Assembly (NCBI GenBank): GCA_039930645.1
Contig: JBDTTJ010000001.1
Location: 2,554-66,553, forward strand
Origin: Acidobacteriota bacterium
GTDB taxonomy: Bacteria > Acidobacteriota > Thermoanaerobaculia > UBA5066
Direction: 5' to 3'
Length of the DNA: 64,000 nucleotides
The position numbers were made by a program, and so were the translations under genes. This document shows, one piece after another, positions 9,069 to 18,660 of the stretch; the stretch's first letter is position 1, and every line of letters begins with the position of its first letter. The notes beneath the pieces are model-generated. The model was not told the DNA's origin. It made no database searches and saw nothing but the letters and a program-made list of their open reading frames with translations.

Positions 9069-9758
9069 TTACTTCTCGAGCCCCATGAGCTCGCGGTACC
9101 ACTTCGGGTGGTGGATGCGCGCCCACGCCTTGGAAACCGTCCCGCGCGTCATCGAGTTGAACGTGCCGGGCTCGGCGACGGTCGCAAGGTAGATGTGGAA
9201 GACGAGCGACACGGCGAAGAGGATGAAGCTGACGTTGTGGAGGATGAGGGCGGTCTCTCGCGCCCACTGGGGGAAGGACATCGGCCACCACATGACGATC
9301 CCGGAGACGAGGAGGCCGAGGGCGCCGAGCCCCGAGGTGTGGAAATAGACCTTCTGCCCGCCGTTGTACTTGCCGATCCTGTCGTGGTTCGCGGCGTCGT
9401 TGAGGTACTCGACGAGCTTGGGGCCGATCCAGCCGCGCTCCTCCTTCGTCATCTCCATCTCGCTCCACCAGTGGACCGCCATCACGAGCGACGCGAGCGC
9501 GAACGCGAGGCCGAACCACGCGTGGACGACGCGGGCGACACTGAGTCCGCCCACGAGCGTCGCCATCCACCCGAACACGGGCGTCCAGACGGGGAGCCCC
9601 GTGACGAGGCACGCGAAGAACGTGACGGCGACCGACCAGTGGATGACCCGGGACGAGAGCCGGTGGCGGACGATCTCGTTGCCGACGACGACGTCTTCCT
9701 TCTCGCGGGCGATGTAGGCGCCTTCGTCGAAGCCGATCTGACGGACGACTTTGCTCAT
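9069..9758 (-). CDS. fdnI: formate dehydrogenase-N cytochrome b556 (gamma) subunit
   Basis: 229 aa with four TM helices and conserved His ligands: 'RVIHWSVAVTF', 'HNVSFILFAVSLVFHIY'. Confidence 0.8.
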   Translation of the reverse strand: MSKVVRQIGFDEGAYIAREKEDVVVGNEIVRHRLSSRVIHWSVAVTFFACLVTGLPVWTPVFGWMATLVGGLSVARVVHAWFGLAFALASLVMAVHWWSEMEMTKEERGWIGPKLVEYLNDAANHDRIGKYNGGQKVYFHTSGLGALGLLVSGIVMWWPMSFPQWARETALILHNVSFILFAVSLVFHIYLATVAEPGTFNSMTRGTVSKAWARIHHPKWYRELMGLEK

Positions 9759-9769
9759 GCGCGCCTCCC

Positions 9770-10654
9770 TCAGCCCTTCGTCTCGTCGGGCCCGGGCGGG
9801 CCCGGATCGATGAAGCCCTTGTTGCCGTGGTAGAGGTGGTGGCCGAACGCACCCACGATGGCCCCGAGGATCGCGAGGAAGCCGATCGGCCGGAGCCACT
9901 TCTTCCAGAACTTGACCGAGAGCGGCACGCGCGGGCTCGCGGCCAGCCCGTACCACTCCGGGTGGTCCCCGAAGCCGAGGACGGTCACGACGCCCGTTCC
10001 GCCGACGCCCTTGGGGTCATAGAGCGCGGCCTGCGGGAATCCGCTGGCCTTGAGCTGTGCGACCCGCGCGTTTCCGAGCGCGACCATGTCTTCCTTGGTT
10101 CCGAAGTGGAGGCACCCGGTCGGGCAGGCCTTGATGCACGCCGGCTCGAGGCCGACGGAAACGCGGTCGACGCACAGGGTGCACTTGGCCATCTTCCCGG
10201 TCTTCGCCGAGAAGCGCGGCACGTCGAACGGGCAGCCCGTCTCGCAGTAGCCGCAGCCGATGCAGTTGTCCGGGTTCACGTCCACGATGCCGTTCGCGTA
10301 CTGGACGATCGCGCCCGGGGCGGGGCAGGCCTCGAGGCAGCCCGGCTCGGCGCAGTGCATGCACTGGTCCTTGCGCATGAGCCACTTGAGGCCGCCGTCG
10401 ACTTCGCGCTCGTCGAAGCGGATCAGGTTCCAGAATCCGGCGTCCAACGTCGGAAGCGTCTGGTACGTGCCGACCTGATGCGTCTCGACGGGTGCGAGGT
10501 CGTTCCATTCCTGGCACGCGACCTCGCAGGCCTTGCAGCCGATGCAGGTCGACGTGTCGACGTACTTGGAGACGTCGGGAAGGGAGCGCATCCCCGTGGC
10601 GCCCCCCCAGAGCGAGGCCGAGGAGCGGCGGATCTCGAGGTTCTGAACGCTCAC
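9770..10654 (-). CDS. fdnH: formate dehydrogenase-N iron-sulfur (beta) subunit
   Basis: Four ferredoxin-type Cys clusters ('CIGCKACEVAC', 'CMHCAEPGCLEACP', 'CIGCGYCETGCP', 'CTLCVDR') and a C-terminal TM anchor. GTG start with a GGGGAGGA RBS. Confidence 0.85.
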   Translation of the reverse strand: MSVQNLEIRRSSASLWGGATGMRSLPDVSKYVDTSTCIGCKACEVACQEWNDLAPVETHQVGTYQTLPTLDAGFWNLIRFDEREVDGGLKWLMRKDQCMHCAEPGCLEACPAPGAIVQYANGIVDVNPDNCIGCGYCETGCPFDVPRFSAKTGKMAKCTLCVDRVSVGLEPACIKACPTGCLHFGTKEDMVALGNARVAQLKASGFPQAALYDPKGVGGTGVVTVLGFGDHPEWYGLAASPRVPLSVKFWKKWLRPIGFLAILGAIVGAFGHHLYHGNKGFIDPGPPGPDETKG

Positions 10655-10667
10655 GATCGTCCTCCCC

Positions 10668-13600
10668 TCACGCCTTCTCGAGCTTCACGAGGAAGGTCTT
10701 GAACTCGGGGGTCCATGTGTTCGGGTCCATCGCGGACGGCGTCAGGAAGTTCGCGAGCGGCCCCGTGTGCGCCGGAATGCCCGCGAAGCCCCAGTGGAGA
10801 GGGAAGCCGATCTGCCAGAGCTCCTTCCCGTCGATCTTCATGGGCCGCAGCCGCTTCGTCACCATCGCCACGCCCTCGATCGAACCGCGCGCCGATGAGA
10901 CCCTCACCTTCGATCCGTTCGCGATGCCCTTCTGCTGGGCGAGCACGTCGGGGATCTCGACGAAGAACCCGGGCTGCAGCTGAGTCAGGACCTGCGTGTG
11001 CTGCGTCCAGTAGTGATAGTGCTCGGTCAGGCGGTAGGTCGTGCAGACGATCGGGTACTCCTCCTTCGTACCGTACTTGTCGAGCGGCGTGCTGAACTTC
11101 TTCGTCACGGGGCTGGAGGTGACCTTCGGATGAAGAAGGTTGGCGACGGGCGCTTCGACGGCCTCGTAGTGCTCGGGGAAGGGACCATCGTTGAGAGCGG
11201 GGGCGAAGAGACGCCCGACGCCCTCCGCGTTCATGATGAACGCGCCGTACTCGCCCGGCTTGCTGTCGGGCTTGATGTCCGGCACGTCGCCGACCCACTT
11301 CTCGCCGTTCCACTTGATCCCGACGCGGGTCGGGTCCCAGGGGTTGCCGTCCTTGTCGGCGGAGGCGCGGTTGTACATGACGCGTCGGTTCGCCGGCCAC
11401 GAGAACCCCCACTGGTGGAACATGCCGAGGCCCGTGGGGTCGGCCGGCGAGCGGCGCTGCGCCATGTTGCCGGCCTCGGTGTAGACGCCGAGATGGAGCC
11501 AGTTGCCGCACATCGTGGAGCCGTCGTCCTGGAGCTGTCCGAAATTCTCGAGCTGCTGCCCCGCGGCGCGAATCAGCTTCGTCTTGTCCTTCGGGTCCGC
11601 GATGTCCGTGATCGCCTTGCCGTTGATCTCCTTCAGAACCTCGCCCAGGTCCGGCGCCACCGGGTTCGTGTAGTTCCAGGCGATGTTGAGGACGTTCTCG
11701 GCGCCGGGGCCGCCCTCTTTCTTGTAGAGGTCGCGGACCGCGAGGAAGATCCGCGCGAGGATCTCCTGGTCGGTTTTCGAGCCGCCGGGCGGGTCGATGG
11801 CCTTCCATTTCCACTGCATCCAGCGGGCGGAGTTCGTGAAGGTGCCGTCCTTCTCGGCGAAGCCGGAGGCCGGAAGCTGGAAGACCTCCGTCTGGATCTT
11901 CGCCGTCTCGGGTCCGCCGTACTCCTTCGGCGCCTTCCAGAAGATCGCCGTCTCGATCTCGTAGTTCTCGACGACCACGAGCCACTTGAGCTTCGCCAGC
12001 GCGTTGACCATCTTCGAGCTGTTCGGGCCGATGCCGACCGGGTTCATCCCGAACGTGACGAGGCCCTCGGGGCCGGGCTCCTTCCCGCCCGCGCGCATCG
12101 AGCTGCCGCGGTACATGTCGTCGTAGATGTACATCCAGGAGTAGTTGCCGTCGACCTTGGGCAGCCACGCGTACCCGAAGTCGTTCTCTTTCGTGGCGTT
12201 CTTGCCGTAGGCGGACTTCAGGAGCGAGACCATGAACTTCGGGTAGTTCTGCCAGTAGTTCATGGACGCCCACGCCTGCTTGTTGAGCGTCGTCGGCGAC
12301 ACGGCCTCGAAGTACTCCTTGAGACTCTGCAGCGGGCCGGTCGGCGTTCTGAGATAGCCGGGGAGGATCTCGAACGTGCCCCCGATGTCCGTTGCTCCCT
12401 GGATGTTCGAGTGACCGCGGAGGGCGTTGACGCCCCCGCCGGGCCGGCCGACGTTCCCGAGGAGGAGCTGGAGCATCGCGGCGCAGCGGATCATCTGGAC
12501 GCCCACGGAGTGCTGCGTCCAGCCGAGCGCATACATGATCGTCCCGACCCTTTGGGCGTTGCCGGTCGACGTGACGACCTCCGCGACATTCAGGAACGTC
12601 TCCTTCGGGGTTCCGCAGATCTTCTCGACCATCTCGGGGGTGTAGCGGTCGACGTGCTTCTTCAGGAGCTGGAAGACGCAGCGCGGGTTCTGGAGAGTGG
12701 GATCGACCTCGTAGCCCTTCGTCTTCGGATCGGCCTCGTAGGCCCAGGCCGTCTTGTCGTAGTCGCCCTTGGCGGCGTCGAAGCCCGAGAAGAGACCATC
12801 GTCGAAGCCGTACCTCTCCTGGATGATGAACGGCGCGTTCGTGTGGATCTTGACGTAGTCCTCGTGGAAGCGGTTCTTCTCGATCGCGTACCGGATGATG
12901 CCGAGGAGATACGCGATGTCCGTGCCGGCCCGGATCGGCGAGTAGAGGTCCGCGACGGCTGCGGTCCGGGTGAAACGCGGGTCCACGGCGACGAGCTTCG
13001 CGTTACGGACCTTCTTCGCCTCGATGGCCCACTTGAAGCCGCAGGGGTGGTTCTCGGCGGGGTTTCCGCCCATGCAGAGGACGACGTCGGCATTCTTGAT
13101 GTCGACCCATCCGTTCGTCATCGCTCCGCGTCCGAACGTGGCGGCCAGACTGGCCACCGTGGGTCCGTGTCATACCCGGGCCTGGCTGTCCCGGTACGGC
13201 ACCCCGAGCGCCGTGATGAACTTCCACTGCAGGAAGTTGAACTCGTTCGTGTCCGTGCAGCCGCCGATCATCGCCATGCCGGGGTTGCGATTCACGACCT
13301 GGTCCTTGGCGTTCTTCACGACGAAGCACTTGTCGCGCGTCGTCTTGATGTGGCGCGCGATCTTCGCGATCGCCTCGTCCCAGGAGATGTCTTCCCACTT
13401 GTCCGAGCCCGGGCGGCGGACCTTGGGGCTCGAGATCCGGTTCGGGTTGTTGATGTCGTCCCGGAGCGTCGAGCCCTTCGGGCAGAGCGTCCCGCGATTG
13501 ATCGGGTGATCGGGATCGCCCTCGACGTGGACGACCGAGGCCGTCGCGTTCTTGGCCTTGTCGCCCAGCGTGTGGATGATCACGCCGCACGAGACGGCGC

Positions 13601-13745
13601 AGTACGGGCACGTGCTGCGCGTCTCCGTCGTGCGCGAGATCTTGAAGGCGCGCATCTCGGCGCGGGCTTCCTGCAGGTCGAAGCCCAGTGCGACGGCTCC
13701 GCCGGCGGTCCCCGCCTTCAGGAAGGTTCGTCGGGTGAGACCCAT
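10668..13745 (-). CDS. fdnG: formate dehydrogenase-N catalytic (alpha) subunit. Selenoprotein with in-frame TGA (Sec) at 13170-13172. Tat signal peptide
   Basis: The ORFs 13170..13811 and 10668..13157 are one reading frame interrupted only by TGA. The context is 'RDSQARV-U-HGPTVASLAATFGRGAMTN', which matches the conserved 'RV-U-HGPTVA' selenocysteine site of FdnG/FdoG. N-terminus 'MGLTRRTFLKAGTAGG' is a twin-arginine signal. Mo-bisPGD motifs throughout. GGAGG RBS before the ATG at 13745. Confidence 0.85.
13143..13157 (-). other. hairpin (GGCCAG-U-CUGGCC) 12-24 nt 3' of the Sec UGA: candidate SECIS apical stem-loop
   Basis: Perfect 6-bp inverted repeat read on the mRNA strand, immediately downstream of UGA. 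The position is appropriate for a bacterial SECIS. Confidence 0.3.
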
Positions 13746-13866
13746 AGAAACCCCTCCTCGCTCGAATGGCTGGATGGGCCTAGCAGATCCCCGATCGGGG
13801 GTGCGTGTCAAGACCGGATCTCGGCCGGGGACGGGCGCGCGGCGCTTCGGTCAGCGCATTCGACGC

Positions 13867-15174
13867 CTACCCGAGCCATCCTTCCCGGAATCCGGCGCGC
13901 CGGAGTCCGGCCACGAGATGCCCACAGCGCTTCGTCAGCCGCCAGAGGAGGCCCGTCCGGTGGTTTTCGATCATCAGGACGATCGGACCCTCGTTCAGGC
14001 CCAGGTATCGCGGCGCGATCCACCCCCGGCCGGCGCGCGCGGGGAACGTGGGGTTGAAGCTGCCCAGAAAGCCATAGGCGCTCTTCGTGTCTGCGTGCAC
14101 GCGTTCGAGGTGCCGAATCGTCGGCACGACGATCTCCGGGGCGAAAGGAAGGGAGGCGACCGCCGCCCACGGCGCGAGCGTGCCGTCGTCCGGTCCGTAG
14201 GGCACGCCGCGAGCCCGGTAGTCGAAGAAGCGCCGCGTCACGCCTCCGACGCGCCGCGTCGCGGGCCCCGGTCCTTCGCCCGCAGTGATTCCCCAGCAAT
14301 GCCCTCCATAGCCCTTGAACCGTTTCGGATTGCGCACGGCGTAGCGCTGCTGGACGAACGCCGCGCGGCGGCTGTTCTCGAAGTAGTCGATTCTCCTTTC
14401 GCGCATGAACGCGTCCCGGATCCCCCGGAAGTCGATCCACAGATGCGGGAACTGATGCACGAAGAGGGGCCCGGCGTAGAGGAGTCCGATTCCGTAGATC
14501 TCCTTCCAGGAGTACGTGGACGTGAACGCGCGATAGCTCTCGCGCGCGAGGGGGAAGGTGGGCGAGCCGAGGCCGAGCACGTAGAGAAGCAGCGCTTCGC
14601 TGTAGCCGCCCCACCGGTAGCGCAGGAATCCCGAGCCCGGCTTCCAGCCGTGCGTCACCGTCTCCCCGCCGTCGCAGGCCCATTTCCAGTCCGCCCGAAG
14701 GTAGAGCGCCTCGGCGAGGGAACGGATCTCCCGCTCGACGGCAGCGCCGCCGTCGAAGTACGCCGCGGCGGTGAGCGCCCCGGCGAAGAAGAGCGCGGAG
14801 TCCATCGTGGACAGCTCGCACTCCCACGCGCGCCGCCCGGTCCGCATCTCGAGGAAGTGGTAGAAGAAGCCGCGATGTCCCGCCGCATCGTGTTCGGGCC
14901 CCTGCGGGGCGTTCCAGAAGAAGCGCAGGGTCGCGGCCGTCCGTGCCGCCGCCTCGTCCCGCGTCAGGAACCCGCGCTCGACGCCGACCGGATAGGAAGA
15001 GAGAGCCAGCCCGACGACCGCGATGCTGGCGTGCGAGCCGGGGGCGGTGCTGTCGAGCACGAGCCCGCTCCCCGCGTCGGCCTCGTGGAGGAAGTAGCGG
15101 AACGTGTCGTGCTGGAGCTCGTCCAGCATGGACCGCGCGTCGTCGTCGATCAGGAAGGGCACGGCCGGAGGCAT
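13867..15174 (-). CDS. glucoamylase-like glycoside hydrolase (putative beta-1,2-glucanase family, PF10091-like)
   Basis: 435 aa. An (alpha/alpha)6-barrel-like region rich in conserved Trp/Tyr ('YSWKEIYGIGLLYAGPLFVHQFPHLWIDFRG', 'GYGGHCWGITAGEGP'). Family assignment from memory, not verified. Confidence 0.4.
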   Translation of the reverse strand: MPPAVPFLIDDDARSMLDELQHDTFRYFLHEADAGSGLVLDSTAPGSHASIAVVGLALSSYPVGVERGFLTRDEAAARTAATLRFFWNAPQGPEHDAAGHRGFFYHFLEMRTGRRAWECELSTMDSALFFAGALTAAAYFDGGAAVEREIRSLAEALYLRADWKWACDGGETVTHGWKPGSGFLRYRWGGYSEALLLYVLGLGSPTFPLARESYRAFTSTYSWKEIYGIGLLYAGPLFVHQFPHLWIDFRGIRDAFMRERRIDYFENSRRAAFVQQRYAVRNPKRFKGYGGHCWGITAGEGPGPATRRVGGVTRRFFDYRARGVPYGPDDGTLAPWAAVASLPFAPEIVVPTIRHLERVHADTKSAYGFLGSFNPTFPARAGRGWIAPRYLGLNEGPIVLMIENHRTGLLWRLTKRCGHLVAGLRRAGFREGWLG

Positions 15175-15181
15175 GCTCTCC

Positions 15182-16567
15182 TCACTCGAGGGCGAGAACG
15201 GCGCTCTGCGCCGCCTCGGCGAGCGTCGGGTGGACGTGGAGGGCGTCCCGGAGCGCCGTCCAGGGGGCCTTCGCGTTCATGAGGTCGACGTACAGGTGGA
15301 CGAGCTCGGCGCCCTCCACGGAAAGCACGGCCGCCCCGAGGATCCGGTCCGTCCTGGCGTCCACCACGACCTTGATGAAACCTCCGGTTTCGCCGAGCTC
15401 GATCGCCTTGCCGTTCGAGCGCATCGGGAAGGTCCCGACGCGGATCCTCCTCCGCGCCGCGACCGCCTCGCGCTCCGTCATCCCGACGCGCCCGAGCTCG
15501 GGGTCGGTGTAGACGGCGTACGGGACGATCCGTGCGGTCGTGCGCGAGCCGTCTCCGAGCATCTGCGATTCCAGAATCCGGAAGTCGTCCCAGGCGGCGT
15601 GGGTGAACATGGCGCCGCCCCGGATGTCGCCCGCGGCCCAGAGCCCGCGCACGGAGGTCCGCAGGCGTCGGTCCACCGGGATGGTGCCGTCTCGTCGACG
15701 CCGGAGACCCACGCTCGAGAGTCCCAGGTCGTCCGTGTTCGGCTGTCGCCCCGTCGCGACGAAAAGGTGGGTGCCGCGCACGTGGCCGCCTCCCGCGACC
15801 TCGATCGTGACCCTCTTCCCGCGCCGCGCGACTCGGGTGACGCGAGCCCCGAGGCGGAACGCGATGCCTTCGCTCTCGAGCACGGCCTGGAGCGCCGAGG
15901 TCACGTCTTCGTCCTCGCGCTTCAGGAGGCTCGTCGAACGCTCCAGGATGGTCACGCGGCTGCCCATGCGCCTGTAGAACTGGCCCATCTCGAGGGCGAT
16001 GTACCCGGCGCCGAGGAAGACGACGTGTTCGGGCAGCTCCGGCCGGTCGAGCCAGTTCCCCGCGTGGAGGAAATCGATCTGGCCCAGCCCCGGAACGTCG
16101 GGCACCAGCGTGCGCGTTCCGGTGTCGAGAACGACTGCGCGCGAGCGGAAGCGCCGGTTTCCGACGCGCACGCGAAAGCCCTGTCGGTCCCTGCCTTCGA
16201 GGCGCGCGTGCCCCTCGATGAGCCGCGGGTTCCCGGTCCGCTCCAGATCCCGGCGAAGGCCCGTGCGCGAGCGCATCAGGATGCTGCGGGCGCGGTCCAG
16301 GACCGCGGGGAAGTCGACCTCGACGGCGGGAATCCTCAAGCCGTAGAGAGCTCCGCTGCGCGCCTTGTGGGCCACGCGCGCCGAGGCGATGGCGGCCTTC
16401 GTCGGGGTACACCCGAAGTTGACGCACGATCCCCCGACGTCCTTGCGCTCCGCGAGAGCGACGCGCTTGCCGGCCTTCGCGAGCGCATGGGCCAGGGGAA
16501 TGCCGGCTTGCCCCGCTCCGATGACGAAGACGTCGTAGCCGGACTCTTCCACGCGGCCTGACGGCAT
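15182..16567 (-). CDS. FAD-dependent pyridine nucleotide-disulfide oxidoreductase (class I; dihydrolipoamide dehydrogenase / mercuric reductase-like)
   Basis: 'VFVIGAGQAGIPLAHALAKAGKRVALAE' (FAD Rossmann), redox-active 'GGSCVNFGCTPTK', and a second NAD-binding GxGxxG 'VVFLGAGYIALE'. Confidence 0.75.
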   Translation of the reverse strand: MPSGRVEESGYDVFVIGAGQAGIPLAHALAKAGKRVALAERKDVGGSCVNFGCTPTKAAIASARVAHKARSGALYGLRIPAVEVDFPAVLDRARSILMRSRTGLRRDLERTGNPRLIEGHARLEGRDRQGFRVRVGNRRFRSRAVVLDTGTRTLVPDVPGLGQIDFLHAGNWLDRPELPEHVVFLGAGYIALEMGQFYRRMGSRVTILERSTSLLKREDEDVTSALQAVLESEGIAFRLGARVTRVARRGKRVTIEVAGGGHVRGTHLFVATGRQPNTDDLGLSSVGLRRRRDGTIPVDRRLRTSVRGLWAAGDIRGGAMFTHAAWDDFRILESQMLGDGSRTTARIVPYAVYTDPELGRVGMTEREAVAARRRIRVGTFPMRSNGKAIELGETGGFIKVVVDARTDRILGAAVLSVEGAELVHLYVDLMNAKAPWTALRDALHVHPTLAEAAQSAVLALE

Positions 16568-16577
16568 CTCTTCGATT

Positions 16578-17429
16578 CTAGGTCGCGAGGCGGCCGTAGA
16601 GGTCGGGCCGCCGGTCGCGGAAGAACCCCCAGGAGGCGCGGTCGCGGCGGACCTCGGCGAGGTCGATCGTCGCGACGGCGACGCCTTCCTCCTCGCGGGA
16701 GAGTTCGGCGAGCTTCTCGCCGCGCTGGTTCGCCACGAACGACGAACCGTAGAAGACCTGACCGCCCTCGTTCCCGACGCGGTTCGCGGCGACGACCGGC
16801 GCCACGTTGCTGACGGCGTGGCCGAGCATCGCGCGCTGCCAGAGGTCGCGCGTGTCGAGCGCGGGATTCTCGGGCTCCGAGCCGATCGCGGTGGGGTAAA
16901 GGAGCGCGTCCGCCCCCGCGAGCATCATCGAGCGCGCGGCCTCGGGAAACCACTGGTCCCAGCAAATGCCGACGCCGAGGTGACCGGGCTTCGCCTCCCA
17001 GGCCTTGAAGCCGGTGTCGCCGGGGCGGAAGTAGAACTTCTCCTCGTAGCCAGGGCCGTCCGGGATGTGGCTCTTGCGGTAGATGCCCATTACGGCCCCG
17101 TCGGCGTCGATCATCGCGAGGCTGTTGTAGTAGGCGTGGCCGGCCTTCTCGAAGAAGGAGACGGGGATCGCGGCGCCGAGCTCCTTCGCGAGCGCCGAGA
17201 AGCGCGCGATCGTCGGATGGTTCTCGGCGGGCCTGGCCCATGCGAAGTAGCGGTCGCGCTCTTCGCGGCAGAAATACGGCCTCTCGAAGAGCTCGGGAGG
17301 AAGGATGACGGTCGCGCCCTTTTTCGCCGCCGCGCGGACGAGGGACTCCACCTTCGCGACGTTCTCGTCCACGGATCCGCCGAGCGCGCACTGGACAGCG
17401 GCGAAGGTGACGTTCTGGACTTCCGTCAT
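16578..17429 (-). CDS. aguB: N-carbamoylputrescine amidase (carbon-nitrogen hydrolase family)
   Basis: 284 aa with the E-K-C triad context 'ILPPELF', 'YRKSHIP' and 'GVGICWDQWFPE'. Start at residue 333 of ORF 16578..18425. Confidence 0.8.
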   Translation of the reverse strand: MTEVQNVTFAAVQCALGGSVDENVAKVESLVRAAAKKGATVILPPELFERPYFCREERDRYFAWARPAENHPTIARFSALAKELGAAIPVSFFEKAGHAYYNSLAMIDADGAVMGIYRKSHIPDGPGYEEKFYFRPGDTGFKAWEAKPGHLGVGICWDQWFPEAARSMMLAGADALLYPTAIGSEPENPALDTRDLWQRAMLGHAVSNVAPVVAANRVGNEGGQVFYGSSFVANQRGEKLAELSREEEGVAVATIDLAEVRRDRASWGFFRDRRPDLYGRLAT

Positions 17430-18493
17430 TCGGGCACCTGCTGGCTGATGCAGTGGAAGGCGCCGCCGCCCCCGAGGAGCTGGCGGGCGGGGATGGACAC
17501 GGCGCGGCGGCCGGGGAAGAGGGCGCCGACCGCCCGGCGGGCGGCCTCGTCGTTCGGAACGCCGTACGCGGGTACGACGACGGTCGTGTTCGCAATGTAG
17601 AAGTTGACGTAGCTCGCGGGCATGACCTCCCCGTCGGGATCGTTCACGAGACCCGGCGAGGGGATCGTCGTGACGTTCAGCGGCCGGCCCGCCGCGTCTC
17701 GCATCTTCGCGAGGTCGCGCACGATCTGGAGGAGCACCCGGTGGTTGGGATCGTCGTCGCCCGAGGGCGCCATGCACACGACGTCGCCGGGCGCGACGAA
17801 GCGCGCGAGCGTGTCGATGTGCCCGTCCGTGTGGTCGTTCAGGAGGCCGTCGCCGAGCCACAGGATCGTCGAGACGCCGAGCGCGTCCTTGAGGGCGTCC
17901 TCGATCGCCTTCGCGGACATCCCGGGATTGCGGTTGCGGTTCAGGAGGCATTGGCGGGTCGTCAGGCACGTGCCCTCTCCGTCCACCTCCACGGACCCGC
18001 CCTCGAGAACCCACGGGAAGCGGTACGCCGGGAGGTCGGAGGCGACCGCGACCCGTTCGGATACGGCGTCGTCGTGCGGGAGGACGTACTTGCCGCCCCA
18101 GCCGTTGAATCGGAACGAAGCTGCCGCGCGCTGGTGGCCGGGTCCGACGAGAAAGACCGGCGCCGTGTCGCGCAGCCAGATGTCGCCGAATGGGATCACG
18201 AAGTAACGCGCGCCGAGGCCCGCGAGCGCCGTCGCCGCGAGGCGGCCGTTCTCGTCGTCCGGCACGAGGACGTGGAGGCGCTCGCCCCTCGGATTCCCGG
18301 CCACGTCGCGGTCCGCGATCGCGGCCGCGAACTCGGTGAACGCGGCCCGGACGCCCGGGAGCGCGTCTTCCCAGAGGTCGGCGTGGCTCGGCCACGCGAG
18401 CCACACGGCTTCGTGGCGGTCCCACTCGGCGGGCTGGCGGAATCGAGCCGCGCGGGGTGTCGTTGCGGGATAAAGGATCGTCGCCTCGGCCAC
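17426..18493 (-). CDS. aguA: agmatine deiminase (porphyranase-type peptidyl-arginine deiminase fold)
   Basis: 'PAEWDRHEAVWLAWP', 'DIWLRDTAPVF', 'GGSVEVDGEGTCLTT', 'HIDTLARFVAPG', 'GGAFHCISQQVP' (catalytic Cys). ATGA-type overlap with aguB. Confidence 0.8.
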   Translation of the reverse strand: MAEATILYPATTPRAARFRQPAEWDRHEAVWLAWPSHADLWEDALPGVRAAFTEFAAAIADRDVAGNPRGERLHVLVPDDENGRLAATALAGLGARYFVIPFGDIWLRDTAPVFLVGPGHQRAAASFRFNGWGGKYVLPHDDAVSERVAVASDLPAYRFPWVLEGGSVEVDGEGTCLTTRQCLLNRNRNPGMSAKAIEDALKDALGVSTILWLGDGLLNDHTDGHIDTLARFVAPGDVVCMAPSGDDDPNHRVLLQIVRDLAKMRDAAGRPLNVTTIPSPGLVNDPDGEVMPASYVNFYIANTTVVVPAYGVPNDEAARRAVGALFPGRRAVSIPARQLLGGGGAFHCISQQVPE

Positions 18494-18660
18494 CGGGGAA
18501 CTATAGCGTCAGCGGCGCCACAGGCGCGGCGGGGCGCCTGCTTCGAATTGGATCCGTTTGCTAGACTGATCGCGCTCCTGGAGTCCCCATCGCAAACACT
18601 TCGAACGCGCCGCCGGAGTTCGACCAATACGCGATCTCCCGCGTCCTCGGCGAAGGGGGA

